DNA of 32,000 nucleotides from the NCBI RefSeq assembly GCF_001457595.1, contig NZ_LN831039.1:1680001-1712000 (forward strand), in the 5' to 3' direction. The notes beneath the pieces were generated by a model. It saw only the letters and a program-made list of their open reading frames with translations. It was not told where the DNA came from and made no database searches. This DNA comes from Mycolicibacterium smegmatis (GTDB lineage Bacteria > Actinomycetota > Actinomycetes > Mycobacteriales > Mycobacteriaceae). Each line of letters opens with the position of its first letter. Positions within the stretch are counted from its first letter, which is position 1. Both the position numbers and the translations under genes were made by a program. Shown here piece after piece: positions 10,264 to 19,544 of the stretch.

Positions 10264-11106
10264 CGTCTTCGCCTCGACATCGCCTACGACGGGACCGATT
10301 TCGCGGGCTGGGCCGTGCAGGCCGGCCAGCGCACGGTCGCCGGGGTGATCGACGAGGCGCTGACGACGGTGTTCCGCACGCCCGTGGTGACGCGCGTCGC
10401 CGGCCGCACCGACACCGGCGTCCACGCCACCGGCCAGGTCGCGCATGTCGATGTCCCGGCCGAGGCGTTGCCGCACGCCTATCCGCGGCACACGCGTCCC
10501 ACCGATGCCGAGTTCACGCCGCTGGTGCGGCGGCTCGCGGGCTTCCTGCCTGCCGATGTGCGGGTCCGCGACATCGTGCGTGCGCCTGCGGGTTTCGACG
10601 CGCGGTTCTCGGCGCTGCGCCGCCACTACGTCTACCGGCTCACCACCGCTCCGTACGGGCCCGAACCGCAGGAGACGCGGTTCGTCACGCCGTGGACCCG
10701 CCCGCTCGACGTCGACGCCATGAACGCCGCCGCACAGGAACTGCTGGGCCTCAACGACTTCGCGGCGTTCTGCCGGTACCGGGCCGGTGCCACCACGATC
10801 CGGGACCTGCAGCGGCTGGAGTGGGTGCGCAACGGCTTCTACATCAACGCCTACGTCACGGCCGACGCGTTCTGCTGGAACATGGTGCGCTCACTCGTGG
10901 GCGCGCTGCTGAAGGTGGGGGAGGGGCGGCGCTCCCCGGAATGGACTGCCGAACTGCTCGGCGCCACAAGCCGATCCAGCGAGTTCCCGGCCGCGCCTGC
11001 GCGCGGGCTCACCCTGGCAGCCGTCGACTACCCGCCTGACGACGAGCTGGAGGCGCGCAACGTCGTCACACGCGACGTGCGCACCATCGACCAGAGCCGC
11101 GACTAG
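10231..11106 (+). CDS. truA: tRNA pseudouridine(38-40) synthase
   Basis: [35 protein letters not shown]...[18 protein letters not shown]. Start chosen at ATG 10231. Confidence 0.95.
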
Positions 11107-11795
11107 AGCTTGCTCGCCACGAAATCGGCGGCCTGGTTCACCATCCCGCCGCTGATGTAGGCACCCGCGAGGTGATCGGGCCAGTTGTTCTGCCACGTGT
11201 TCGGATCGGCCGGGTTGCAGATCGGGTCCGCACCGTGGCACAGCTCGATGGTGCGGTCGTTGTAGACCGGGCTGAAGTTGGTGATCGGGCCCACCCAGGC
11301 CGCGCCGTTACCGAACAACGCGACCGCGGCGATGTGCTGATCGGCGCCTGCGGGCAGCGGGTTCTTGAACCCGAACGCCGTGAACGGCACCGCCAGCACC
11401 ACGTCGGCGACCGCGGCGCCCAGCGAGTACCCGCCGATCACGAGCCGCGTGTTGGGGCAGTTGTCCATCATGTACTTGATGCGGTTGCTCATGTCGTTGG
11501 CGCCGACGTCCACCTCGGTGTCGGCGGGATACTTCACCGCGTAGACGTTCATGGACTTCTTGACCTTCGGGCGCAACGCGTTGACGAACGCATTGCCCAG
11601 GGTGCCCACGCCCGCCGGTTCGGTGCGTCCGCGGGCGAAGATGACCTCGACGTCCGCGCACTGGGCCGCACCGGCCATGGGGAGACCCCGGGTCGTCACC
11701 GTCGGGGCGACCACGAGAGCGACGGCGGTCGCCGCGACGATGACGACCGCGGAAAGCCACTTCAGGAGCTGGGGGCTGCTGGAATGTTCGACCAC
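11103..11795 (-). CDS. Secreted cutinase-family serine esterase
   Basis: 230 aa with N-terminal hydrophobic signal; [16 protein letters not shown], nucleophile elbow [14 protein letters not shown] and DH catalytic region. Confidence 0.92.
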   Translation of the reverse strand: MVEHSSSPQLLKWLSAVVIVAATAVALVVAPTVTTRGLPMAGAAQCADVEVIFARGRTEPAGVGTLGNAFVNALRPKVKKSMNVYAVKYPADTEVDVGANDMSNRIKYMMDNCPNTRLVIGGYSLGAAVADVVLAVPFTAFGFKNPLPAGADQHIAAVALFGNGAAWVGPITNFSPVYNDRTIELCHGADPICNPADPNTWQNNWPDHLAGAYISGGMVNQAADFVASKL

Positions 11796-11858
11796 CTAAG
11801 CGATCGTAGCGGACAAGATCGGCGCGGCCCCAGGACTTTTTGACGTAGCTGCCGAAAG

Positions 11859-12533
11859 CTACAGCAACCCGGCCACGAAAGCGGCGGCCTGATTCGCCGG
11901 ACCACCGTCGTAGGCGCGGTGCGCGGGCACGCTGTCACCACTGCCGCACACCGGGTCGCCCGCGTTGCACAGGTCGATGGCGCGCGAGCCGTACACCGGG
12001 CTGGCGGTCAACGGCAGGCCCAGCTTCGCCGACGGGTTACCGAACACCGCGACCGCAGCCACGTGTTCGGGAACGTTGGCCGGCAGCGGGGCATTGAAGC
12101 CGATCGCCGGGAACGGCACGGCCGCGATCACGTCGATCACGGCGGCACCCTGCGAGTAGCCGCCCAGCACCAGCCGCGTGTTCGGGCAGTTGTTGACCAT
12201 CCACTGCACGTGGCCACTCGCGTCGTTGGCGCCGTCGGCCGCGGCCAGGAAGTCGTAGCTGGCCGGGTAGTTCACCGCGTAGGTGCCCACCGATCGCCCA
12301 CCGACCTTGCCGCGCAACGCTTGCACGAACGCGTTGCCGATCCGCCCGATGCCCGGTGACTCGTCGGTGCCACGGGCGAAGACGACCTCGATATCCGGAC
12401 AGTCGGCAGCCCGCGCGGCACCGAGCGCGCCGGTGGGTGCGTGCGCCGCAAGGGGTGCGGCGAGCATGACGGTTGCGATCAGCGCGGCAGCCGCGACGAG
12501 CCGGGCGCGACGAAAAACAAGATCAAGGGACAC
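11859..12533 (-). CDS. Secreted cutinase-family serine esterase
   Basis: 224 aa; IEVVFARGTDESPGIG, VLGGYSQGAAVIDV, CNAGDPVC, H in VPAHRAY. Confidence 0.95.
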   Translation of the reverse strand: MSLDLVFRRARLVAAAALIATVMLAAPLAAHAPTGALGAARAADCPDIEVVFARGTDESPGIGRIGNAFVQALRGKVGGRSVGTYAVNYPASYDFLAAADGANDASGHVQWMVNNCPNTRLVLGGYSQGAAVIDVIAAVPFPAIGFNAPLPANVPEHVAAVAVFGNPSAKLGLPLTASPVYGSRAIDLCNAGDPVCGSGDSVPAHRAYDGGPANQAAAFVAGLL

Positions 12534-12569
12534 ACAGCATAGTAACTGCGAATCGCTGGATTCGAATCC

Positions 12570-13247
12570 CTAAACCAGCCCCGCGATCAGGCCCGCTGCC
12601 TGCGGGATGAACGGCGAGCTCTCGTAATGCGTGTGCGCGAACGGGTTCCGGCCGTCCGAACAGATCGGGTCGCCGTCGCTGCATGCGTCGATCGCGCGGC
12701 CGCCGAACCGGCTGGTGACCGGGATGCCGAACTTGGCCGACGGGTTGCCGAACACCGCGACGGCCGCGACGTTGTTCATGAGGTTGCTCGGCAGCGGCGG
12801 GGCGGAACCGAAGTTGCCCACCTTGTTGCCCAGGGGCGGGATCCCCAGCAGCATGTCGACCACGGCCGCGCCCTGCGAGTAGCCGCCCAGCACGACGCGT
12901 GTCGACGGGCACTGTTCGGCCAGCGTCGCGATGCGGTTGGTGGCGTCGTTGGCGCCGTCGGCCGCGGCCAGGAAGTCGTACGTGGCGGGGTAGTTCACGC
13001 CGTAGGTGCTGACCGTGCGGCCGCCGACCTGATTGCGGATCGCATCGGTCAGCGCCTGGCCGACGCGGCCGATACCGGCGGGTTCACTCGTGCCGCGCGC
13101 GAACACCACCTCGATGTCGGAGCAGGGCTCTGCGGAGGCGACCGGGGCGGGGCCTGTGGCCAGCGCGGCACCGGCGCACAGGACTGCTGAGGCGAACGCG
13201 GCCAACCGGGCCGGCTTCCGGAGGGAAATCACGATCGCCATCGTCAC
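12570..13247 (-). CDS. Secreted cutinase-family serine esterase
   Basis: 225 aa, GTG start; IEVVFARGTSEPAGIG, VLGGYSQGAAVVDM, CSDGDPICSDG, NPFAHTHY. Confidence 0.95.
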   Translation of the reverse strand: MTMAIVISLRKPARLAAFASAVLCAGAALATGPAPVASAEPCSDIEVVFARGTSEPAGIGRVGQALTDAIRNQVGGRTVSTYGVNYPATYDFLAAADGANDATNRIATLAEQCPSTRVVLGGYSQGAAVVDMLLGIPPLGNKVGNFGSAPPLPSNLMNNVAAVAVFGNPSAKFGIPVTSRFGGRAIDACSDGDPICSDGRNPFAHTHYESSPFIPQAAGLIAGLV

Positions 13248-13256
13248 ACAAAATGC

Positions 13257-14336
13257 TTAGCCGCGGCTAATCGTTTCGTCGAACGCCGTGCCGTGTGCTG
13301 GCGTTTCGGGCCAGCATGCGTCGCAGATCTCGTCTGAGATGTCGTCTGAGATGTCGTCGGTGATCTGGTCGGCGCGCCGCTCGCTGCGGTCACCCTGGCG
13401 GGCCAGCGCGAGACCCAGCAGTACCACCGCACCGCCGACGGCCTGGATGGGCGTCATGGCCTCGCCAACCATGATCCACGCGATGATGACGGCGAACATC
13501 ACCTCGGACAGGCCCACCAGCGAGGCGAACCGGGGCTTGAGCCGCGCGATGCCGATGATCCCGAGCGTGTAGGCCAGCGCGGTGGGGATCAGCCCGAGTG
13601 CGATCACCGGAACCACCCACGAGGTCTCGAAGCCGCCGAGCTTCACGGGGTTGGTGGCGAAGGTCATGGGCATGATGCCGGTGGTGCCGATCGCCGCGAC
13701 CGTGACGGCGCCGACGACCAGACCGCCCGCGGCCAGGCTGTACGGGTGCAGGCCGTCACCGTCGCTGTCGACATTGTTGGACATCATGAAGTAGCACGCC
13801 GCGCACACCGCCGCGGCCAGGCCGAAGCCCACGCCGACGAGGTTGATGTGCGCGCCGCTGAACACGTCGAGCACCAGCATGATGCCGATGACGGCCAGCG
13901 CGACGCCGCCGAAGGTGCCCGCGCTGGGGCGCCGCTTGGTGACGGCCCACACCCAGCCGACGACGAGGACCGGCGCGGTGTACTCCAGCAGCAGGGCCAC
14001 ACCGACCGACAGGTGCGCGACGGCGTTGTAGTAGAAGAACTGGGCGCCCGCGATCGGGATCAGCCCGTAGGCGATCACCGTGCGGGAGTGCTGCAGGGCC
14101 TCTTTGATCCAACCGGGACGGGCGAAGGTCGCGAAGATCGCCATGAGCAGCGCGCCGCCGGCCAGCCGTGCGGTCACCGCGGCCGTGGGGCTCCAGCCGG
14201 CCTCGATGAGAGCCTTGGCGAACGGTCCCGACGAGCCGAACGCGAGCGCCGAGCCGACCGCGAACAGCAGGCCGAGCCGGAACTGGTTCCCGGATGTGGT
14301 CGAATCGACGTGGGCAGGACTGGTCGCAGTGGCCAT
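13257..14336 (-). CDS. EamA/DMT-superfamily transporter
   Basis: 359 aa, multiple TM segments; FAVGSALAFGSSGPFAKALIEAGWSPTAAVTARLAGGALL... and C-terminal ASLVGLSEVMFAVIIAWIMVGEAMTPIQAVGGAVVLLGLALAR. Confidence 0.93.
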   Translation of the reverse strand: MATATSPAHVDSTTSGNQFRLGLLFAVGSALAFGSSGPFAKALIEAGWSPTAAVTARLAGGALLMAIFATFARPGWIKEALQHSRTVIAYGLIPIAGAQFFYYNAVAHLSVGVALLLEYTAPVLVVGWVWAVTKRRPSAGTFGGVALAVIGIMLVLDVFSGAHINLVGVGFGLAAAVCAACYFMMSNNVDSDGDGLHPYSLAAGGLVVGAVTVAAIGTTGIMPMTFATNPVKLGGFETSWVVPVIALGLIPTALAYTLGIIGIARLKPRFASLVGLSEVMFAVIIAWIMVGEAMTPIQAVGGAVVLLGLALARQGDRSERRADQITDDISDDISDEICDACWPETPAHGTAFDETISRG

Positions 14337-14357
14337 CGGTACACCCCCTCAAGGCAT

Positions 14358-14387
14358 GTCATGAGTAAAATTTGCTTTGGTCATGAC
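14358..14387. promoter_or_regulatory. Candidate operator site 1 (30 bp, dyad symmetric)
   Basis: GTCATGAGTAAAATTTGCTTTGGTCATGAC; 7-bp perfect outer arms GTCATGA/TCATGAC separated by 16 nt, in the EamA/CGNR divergent intergenic region. Confidence 0.6.
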
Positions 14388-14403
14388 GTTAGAGCGGAAG
14401 GGA

Positions 14404-14433
14404 GTCATGAGTCAAACGATTTTCACTCATGAC
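14404..14433. promoter_or_regulatory. Candidate operator site 2 (30 bp, dyad symmetric), overlapping the CGNR start codon
   Basis: GTCATGAGTCAAACGATTTTCACTCATGAC; 9-bp perfect arms GTCATGAGT/ACTCATGAC, same total length as site 1. Confidence 0.6.
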
Positions 14434-14967
14434 ACGGAGATCACACTCCGGGCTGCCGCCGAGCTGGTTAACAGTGACCGCGTCGACGGCGAGCAACTCG
14501 CCGACATGCAGTCCCTCGATGCGTACCTGGACCACTTCGGCTGGACCGGCCGGCGTGACCGCGACGACGCCGAACTGCAGTCTGTGCAACGCCTGCGCGA
14601 TCGTCTCGGCGCGATCTGGACCGCCGCCGACGACGAGGAAGAGGCGGTCCGGTTGGTCAATGCACTGCTGAGCGAGACCAAGGCCTCACCGTGGCTGACC
14701 CGCCACCCCGAGATGCCCGATTGGCACCTGCACCTTGCGTCGGTGGACGACCCGCTGTGGCAGCGCATGGGCGCCGAGATCGCGATGGCGATCGCCGACG
14801 TGATCCGCGGCGGCGAACTGCGCCGGCTCAAGATCTGCGCGGCGCCGGACTGCGAGGCGGTGCTGACCGACCTGTCGAAGAACCGGTCCAAGCGGTTCTG
14901 CGACACCGGCAACTGCGGCAACCGTCAGCACGTCGCGGCCTACCGGCAGCGCCTGCGCGGGGAGTGA
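14407..14967 (+). CDS. CGNR zinc-finger (ABATE-type) putative transcriptional regulator
   Basis: MSQTIFTHDTEITLRAAAELVNSDRVDGEQL...LKICAAPDCEAVLTDLSKNRSKRFCDTGNCGNRQHVAAYRQRLRGE; C-x4-C...C-x4-CGNR motif. Confidence 0.92.
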   Translation: MSQTIFTHDTEITLRAAAELVNSDRVDGEQLADMQSLDAYLDHFGWTGRRDRDDAELQSVQRLRDRLGAIWTAADDEEEAVRLVNALLSETKASPWLTRHPEMPDWHLHLASVDDPLWQRMGAEIAMAIADVIRGGELRRLKICAAPDCEAVLTDLSKNRSKRFCDTGNCGNRQHVAAYRQRLRGE

Positions 14968-14988
14968 CGGGTTCGGGATCCGGCCCGT

Positions 14989-15309
14989 TCAGGGCACGGC
15001 CATCTCCGCCATCTCCGACCAGTCCGTCGCCTCGATGGTCTGGCTGATGATCTGCGGCGCGGCCGCCAGGTAGGCCGGAGTTTCCTCGATGAACTTCTTA
15101 AAGTGCGCACTGGTGACGTGGGCGTGGCCGGCGCCGTCGCGGAATCCCTCGACCAGAACGTAGACCGCGGGATCGTCGAGACTGCGTGACCACTCGAACC
15201 ACAGATTGCCCGGCTCGTCGCGTGTGGCGGCCGTGAACTCGGCGACCTTGTCGGGGAACGTCTCGGCGTACTCGGGCTTGGCGGTGAACTTGACGACGAT
15301 GAAAATCAC
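14989..15309 (-). CDS. Antibiotic-biosynthesis-monooxygenase (ABM)-domain protein, putative quinol monooxygenase type
   Basis: VIFIVVKFTAKPEYAETFPDKVAEFTAATRDEPGNLWFEWSRSLDDPAVYVLVEGFRDGAGHAHVTSAHFKKF; GTG start at 15309 (ORF extends to 15333). Confidence 0.85.
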   Translation of the reverse strand: MIFIVVKFTAKPEYAETFPDKVAEFTAATRDEPGNLWFEWSRSLDDPAVYVLVEGFRDGAGHAHVTSAHFKKFIEETPAYLAAAPQIISQTIEATDWSEMAEMAVP

Positions 15310-15446
15310 GGGTGCCTCCTGATCGTGGATCACCCGGAGTAACGGTGCGGCCGCCAGGTGGGTTCTGATGGGTTTCGTTCACAGCACGGTGAAAACGCTG
15401 CGCCGAGCACCGCATGGACCGGGTTAGGGTCAGATCCGGGGGACAT

Positions 15447-16823
15447 ATGGCACGGCAACCGGTTACGCGCCTTGAGCGCAGCGGGCGGCGCTTCTTGATT
15501 CGGCGGACCATGCATGCGTTGGTGCGCGGCGACGCCAGGATGATCGACGATCCGCTACGCGCGCAATCGGTTTCATTCGCCGCGGGATGCATCGTGACGG
15601 TGCTCGCCGCGGTGGTGTCCGCGGTGCTGGCCCTCGTTCGCCCCGGTGACACCCTGAGCGACGCGCCGATCCTGCTGGCGCGGAACTCGGGTGCGTTGCA
15701 CGTGCGCATCGGCGACACCGTGCATCCGGTGCTCAATCTGGCTTCGGCGCGGCTGATCGTGCAGAACCCGGCCGACCCCGTCCTGGTCGACGATGCCGCG
15801 ATCGACGCCGCGCCGCGGGGCCCACTGGTCGGCATCCCCGGCGCACCTGCCCGCATCCACCCGCCGCTGAGCGCAGACGAGATCACGTGGGCCCTGTGCG
15901 AGGATCTCGCGTCGGAGTCCACCACGCTGATCGCGGGCCGCTCGGGGCTGGCGCCCCTGCGGCCCGGCCGGGCGGTGCCGGTCGCCGCGCGCGGTGCGGT
16001 GACGACGTACCTCCTGTTCGACGGCCGCAAGGCCCAGGTGGATCTGCGTGAGGGCGCCGTGGTGCGCGCATTACGACTGGAAGACGTTACACCGGTGCCG
16101 GTTTCACCCACACTGCTCGACAGTGTGCCGGAGGCTCCTGCCGTCCGCGCGCCCATGATCCCGGATGTGGGCGCGCCGGGGCCGCCCGCGGTGAACGGCC
16201 TGCCCGTCGGATCCGTGGTGCGCGTATCGCGTGCGGTGCCCGACGACTCCGCGCGCGGCGAGGAATTCTTCGTCGTGCTCACGGGTGGTCTGCAACGCGT
16301 CGACCGTGTGGTCGCCGACCTCATCCGGTTCACCTATCCGCAACCCGACGGCGAACCGCCGCTGCTCGCGGCCGACGTGATCGCCGGGGTTCCGCACGTC
16401 GAAACCGTGGCCATACCCGCGGTGCCGCACGGACTGTCCCAGCGCACCCGCGTGCTGTGCGCGGCCTGGGACCCGCGCGGCAACCAGACCGCGCTGCTCT
16501 TCGGCGAGGCCGTCAGGGGTGCGACACTCGAACTGGCGCAGTCGGATTCCGCAGGACCCAACATCGACAACATCGGAGTGCCCGCCGGACGAAGCGTGTT
16601 GGTCGAGGCCACCGGGCTCGCCGGCGGGCGCGGTCCGCTGTATCTGCTCACCGATCACGGTGTGCTGCACGGCATCCAGGATGCCGACGCGGCCCGGCAT
16701 CTCGGTCTCACCGGTCCCGCCGTACCGGCGCCCTGGGCAATGCTGGCGATGTTGCCCCGCGGCCCCGAACTCAGCAGTGCGGCAGCGTCAGTCGCCCGTG
16801 ATGCCCTGCCGTCCACGTCGTGA
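15447..16823 (+). CDS. eccB4: ESX-4 type VII secretion core component EccB4
   Basis: MARQPVTRLERSGRRFLIRRTMHALVRGDARMIDDPLRAQSVSFAAGCIVTVLAAVVSAVLALVRPG..., EccB N-terminal plus single TM architecture. Confidence 0.94.
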   Translation: MARQPVTRLERSGRRFLIRRTMHALVRGDARMIDDPLRAQSVSFAAGCIVTVLAAVVSAVLALVRPGDTLSDAPILLARNSGALHVRIGDTVHPVLNLASARLIVQNPADPVLVDDAAIDAAPRGPLVGIPGAPARIHPPLSADEITWALCEDLASESTTLIAGRSGLAPLRPGRAVPVAARGAVTTYLLFDGRKAQVDLREGAVVRALRLEDVTPVPVSPTLLDSVPEAPAVRAPMIPDVGAPGPPAVNGLPVGSVVRVSRAVPDDSARGEEFFVVLTGGLQRVDRVVADLIRFTYPQPDGEPPLLAADVIAGVPHVETVAIPAVPHGLSQRTRVLCAAWDPRGNQTALLFGEAVRGATLELAQSDSAGPNIDNIGVPAGRSVLVEATGLAGGRGPLYLLTDHGVLHGIQDADAARHLGLTGPAVPAPWAMLAMLPRGPELSSAAASVARDALPSTS

Positions 16824-18113
16824 CAGCATGACCGTCGCCAGTGCCACCGCGACGCACAACGCGCCGCCGCCGAACGCGATCCGGCGTGGCCCGGTGTCCT
16901 CGGGAGACGGTGCGGGCGGCGCGACCATCGCGGTGTTGCGCGCAGGAGGCGCGAGGGCAGGCGCGTCGCCGCTGACCGCGGCAAGCGGGTCGACCACACC
17001 GCTGCCCACCGCGGCATCCCATCCACGCGGTGGGCGTACCGCGGTCGCCTCGATGCGGCGCATCACCTCCCGTGCGCTGAGGTGGGGAAACCGCGACCGC
17101 ACGAGGGCGGCGACACCCGCCACGAACGGCGCGGCGTAGCTGGTGCCCGAGATCGGTTTGTCCGGACCCAGACTCGCGATGAGTCCGTCGCCGTCCGGAT
17201 GCAGCGACACCACCTGTTCGCCGGGCGCTGCGATGTCGACCCACGGACCGGCCAGGCTGAAACTCGATGCGGTGCCGTCCGCCGCCACCGACCCGACACA
17301 CAGCACCAGATCGTCGTACCATCCTGGGCTGGTCACCGACTGCACGTCGTCCCACCCCGGTGCGTCGAGCGGATTCTGGTGACGGCACTGCCGGGCCCCG
17401 ACGTTGCCCGCCGCGGCGACCACCACGACGTTCTTGACGTCGACCGCATACGCCAGCGCCGCGCCGAGCGGGCGATCGTCGAATCCGGCATCGGCCGTAT
17501 CGGTGTCAGGATCGGCGTCGACGCAGGCGACCGACGAGATGTTGATGACCGTCGCACCGAGATCCGCCGCGGTGCGCACGGCCTTCGCCAGTGTTCCCAC
17601 GTCGCCCACACCCGAACCGCCCGCGTCATCGGCAAACCGGTTGCTGGACTGGCGGATCGCGAGAATGGTCGCCTCGGGCGCGACACCGCTGAAACCGTCA
17701 GGTGTCGCCGCCCCGCCGATGATGCCCGCCACGATCGTGCCGTGGCCATCGCAGTCTGCGGTGCCGTCGCCGTTCGAGACGTAATCGCCGCCGCCGACGA
17801 GCCGGGGTAGCCACCGGTGGCGTGCGACACCGGTGTCGATCACCGCGACAACCTGACCCCGACCACGCGTCAGACGCCACACCGGTTCCAGAGCTGGTGA
17901 CGATGAACGGGTTTCGTCGTCGTCGCGGCCTCGGTTGTCGAAGCACGGGCGGCGCTGCTCGGTCGGATGTGGTGGGGCCGGCGGTGCCGCAGGAGGCAGA
18001 TACGCGTCGTCGACGGTGGGCGGGGTGACCGCGGCGGCCGGTGGCGCCGGCACGAGGGTTAGTGACACCACGGCAACGGTCATGAGCGTCGCGGTGACGC
18101 GTTGCGCGACCAT
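16788..18113 (-). CDS. mycP4: ESX-4 mycosin (subtilisin-like, membrane-anchored serine protease)
   Basis: Signal peptide MVAQRVTATLMTVAVVSLTLVPAPPAAA; catalytic motifs VAVIDTGV, DGHGTIVAGII, GTSYAAPFVAGVAAL; C-terminal TM. ATG 18113 overlaps the eccD4 stop (TGATG). Confidence 0.95.
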   Translation of the reverse strand: MVAQRVTATLMTVAVVSLTLVPAPPAAAVTPPTVDDAYLPPAAPPAPPHPTEQRRPCFDNRGRDDDETRSSSPALEPVWRLTRGRGQVVAVIDTGVARHRWLPRLVGGGDYVSNGDGTADCDGHGTIVAGIIGGAATPDGFSGVAPEATILAIRQSSNRFADDAGGSGVGDVGTLAKAVRTAADLGATVINISSVACVDADPDTDTADAGFDDRPLGAALAYAVDVKNVVVVAAAGNVGARQCRHQNPLDAPGWDDVQSVTSPGWYDDLVLCVGSVAADGTASSFSLAGPWVDIAAPGEQVVSLHPDGDGLIASLGPDKPISGTSYAAPFVAGVAALVRSRFPHLSAREVMRRIEATAVRPPRGWDAAVGSGVVDPLAAVSGDAPALAPPARNTAMVAPPAPSPEDTGPRRIAFGGGALCVAVALATVMLSRRGRQGITGD

Positions 18114-19423
18114 CACATCCCGAACCCGCGCACCACGTCGAAAATGCCCGCGAGCCAGCACGCGAGCGGTGCCACAGCAGCCAGCGCCACGTACTCCGCG
18201 GCGTCGGCGATGCGGAGAATGCCCGCGTTTGTCAGCGACGCCGGGCCCAGTGAACACATTGCCGCCAGCCCGACGGCGACCGCCGCCGCACCCACCCAGT
18301 TCCCGTACTGCGGGGACCACGCCACCACGAGGACGAACATGGCGGTCAGCGCGCAGAACCCGGTGACCCCCAGCGCTGTTCGGCATCGCCCCGAGGCGTG
18401 GCTGCGCCCACGTGACAACAGCGCCAGACCGATCGCCGCATCGAACGCGATCGCCGCGAACGTCACGGATCCGTACCCGCCGGCCGCGACCGACACCGCT
18501 CCGAGGGCCGCGGCCGCGGAAGCTCCCGCGACCAGTCCACACAGGATCCGGTGCCCCCGCGCGGCAACGACGTCCACGTCACCCGCCGGGGACGCCTCGC
18601 CGGGTGTCAGACCCGCGAGGATGATCGACATGCGCGGCGACAGCGACAACGCCGCGATACCGAGCGCGCCCAGACACGCGCCGAACGCCTGTACATCGAG
18701 CGGGAACAGGGCAGCCACCGCGGCGCCGATCCCGGCGATGATCGCGAACGCGACGACGGCGTGCATGGTCTCGACCGACCCGTCGGTGAGTCGCAACAGC
18801 ACCACACCCAGCGATGCCGCCGCGGCCGCGGCCAGAAACACATTGCCGGGACCCGAATCTGAGGGCACCGCCACGAAACCGAGGATCGCCACCGACGCGA
18901 CCGCGAGGCTCTGCACGGACGTGGCGGCCGCCGCGGTGAGGGCCAGACGGCGTGACGCGAACGCGACCGCGGTGACGGCGACGGCCACCACCGCCGCGAC
19001 GATCACCCGCGTCGGGCCGCCGGTCCCGATTCCGGCGCACAGCACCGCGGCCATCCCCACCGCACATGTCCACAGGCCGGCGAACATGCGCGACGTGGGC
19101 GGCGGCGTAGGCGTGGGCGCCGCGGCGGTCAGGGCATGGATCAGCCCGTAGGACCTGGGCGCCACCGGCACCCGCGCGGTCAGCACCAGCACGGCACCGT
19201 CGTGGACCTCGTTCTGCGCCAGCGTCATCGACTCGTCGAGCGGCGCGCCGCCCGGTGGCGCCAGATACCAGCGCCTCGGCAGATCGCCCGGTGCGCCGAC
19301 GGCGGCGACGATCGACGGCAGCAGCTGGCCAACGGTCATGGCAGCGGGCAGCACGAGGTCCGCGGCGCTCGCGTGATCGGCCGCCGTGCAATGGATCGAT
19401 ACCCGGTACAACGATTCCGGCAT
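18113..19423 (-). CDS. eccD4: ESX-4 integral membrane component EccD4
   Basis: Ubiquitin-like N-terminus MPESLYRVSIHCTAADHASAADLVLPAAMTVGQLLPSIVAAVG followed by about 11 TM segments. Start chosen at 19423; a GTG lies at 19426. Confidence 0.92.
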   Translation of the reverse strand: MPESLYRVSIHCTAADHASAADLVLPAAMTVGQLLPSIVAAVGAPGDLPRRWYLAPPGGAPLDESMTLAQNEVHDGAVLVLTARVPVAPRSYGLIHALTAAAPTPTPPPTSRMFAGLWTCAVGMAAVLCAGIGTGGPTRVIVAAVVAVAVTAVAFASRRLALTAAAATSVQSLAVASVAILGFVAVPSDSGPGNVFLAAAAAASLGVVLLRLTDGSVETMHAVVAFAIIAGIGAAVAALFPLDVQAFGACLGALGIAALSLSPRMSIILAGLTPGEASPAGDVDVVAARGHRILCGLVAGASAAAALGAVSVAAGGYGSVTFAAIAFDAAIGLALLSRGRSHASGRCRTALGVTGFCALTAMFVLVVAWSPQYGNWVGAAAVAVGLAAMCSLGPASLTNAGILRIADAAEYVALAAVAPLACWLAGIFDVVRGFGM

Positions 19424-19509
19424 CACATCACCCCCCGGTCGACGCCAGTGCATTTCACGGTAACCGAGCACGCAGCGGAGCAAGCGCACGAATTTTGTGT
19501 TGTGGAAAT

Positions 19510-19536
19510 GGAACTGACGGCGCCTCGCGTGCGTCC
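19510..19536 (+). promoter_or_regulatory. Candidate SigM-type ECF promoter for eccC4
   Basis: GGAAC(19510-19514)-N17-CGTCC(19532-19536), 8 nt before ATG 19545, which would make the transcript leaderless. Confidence 0.55.
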
Positions 19537-19544
19537 AAACGTTG

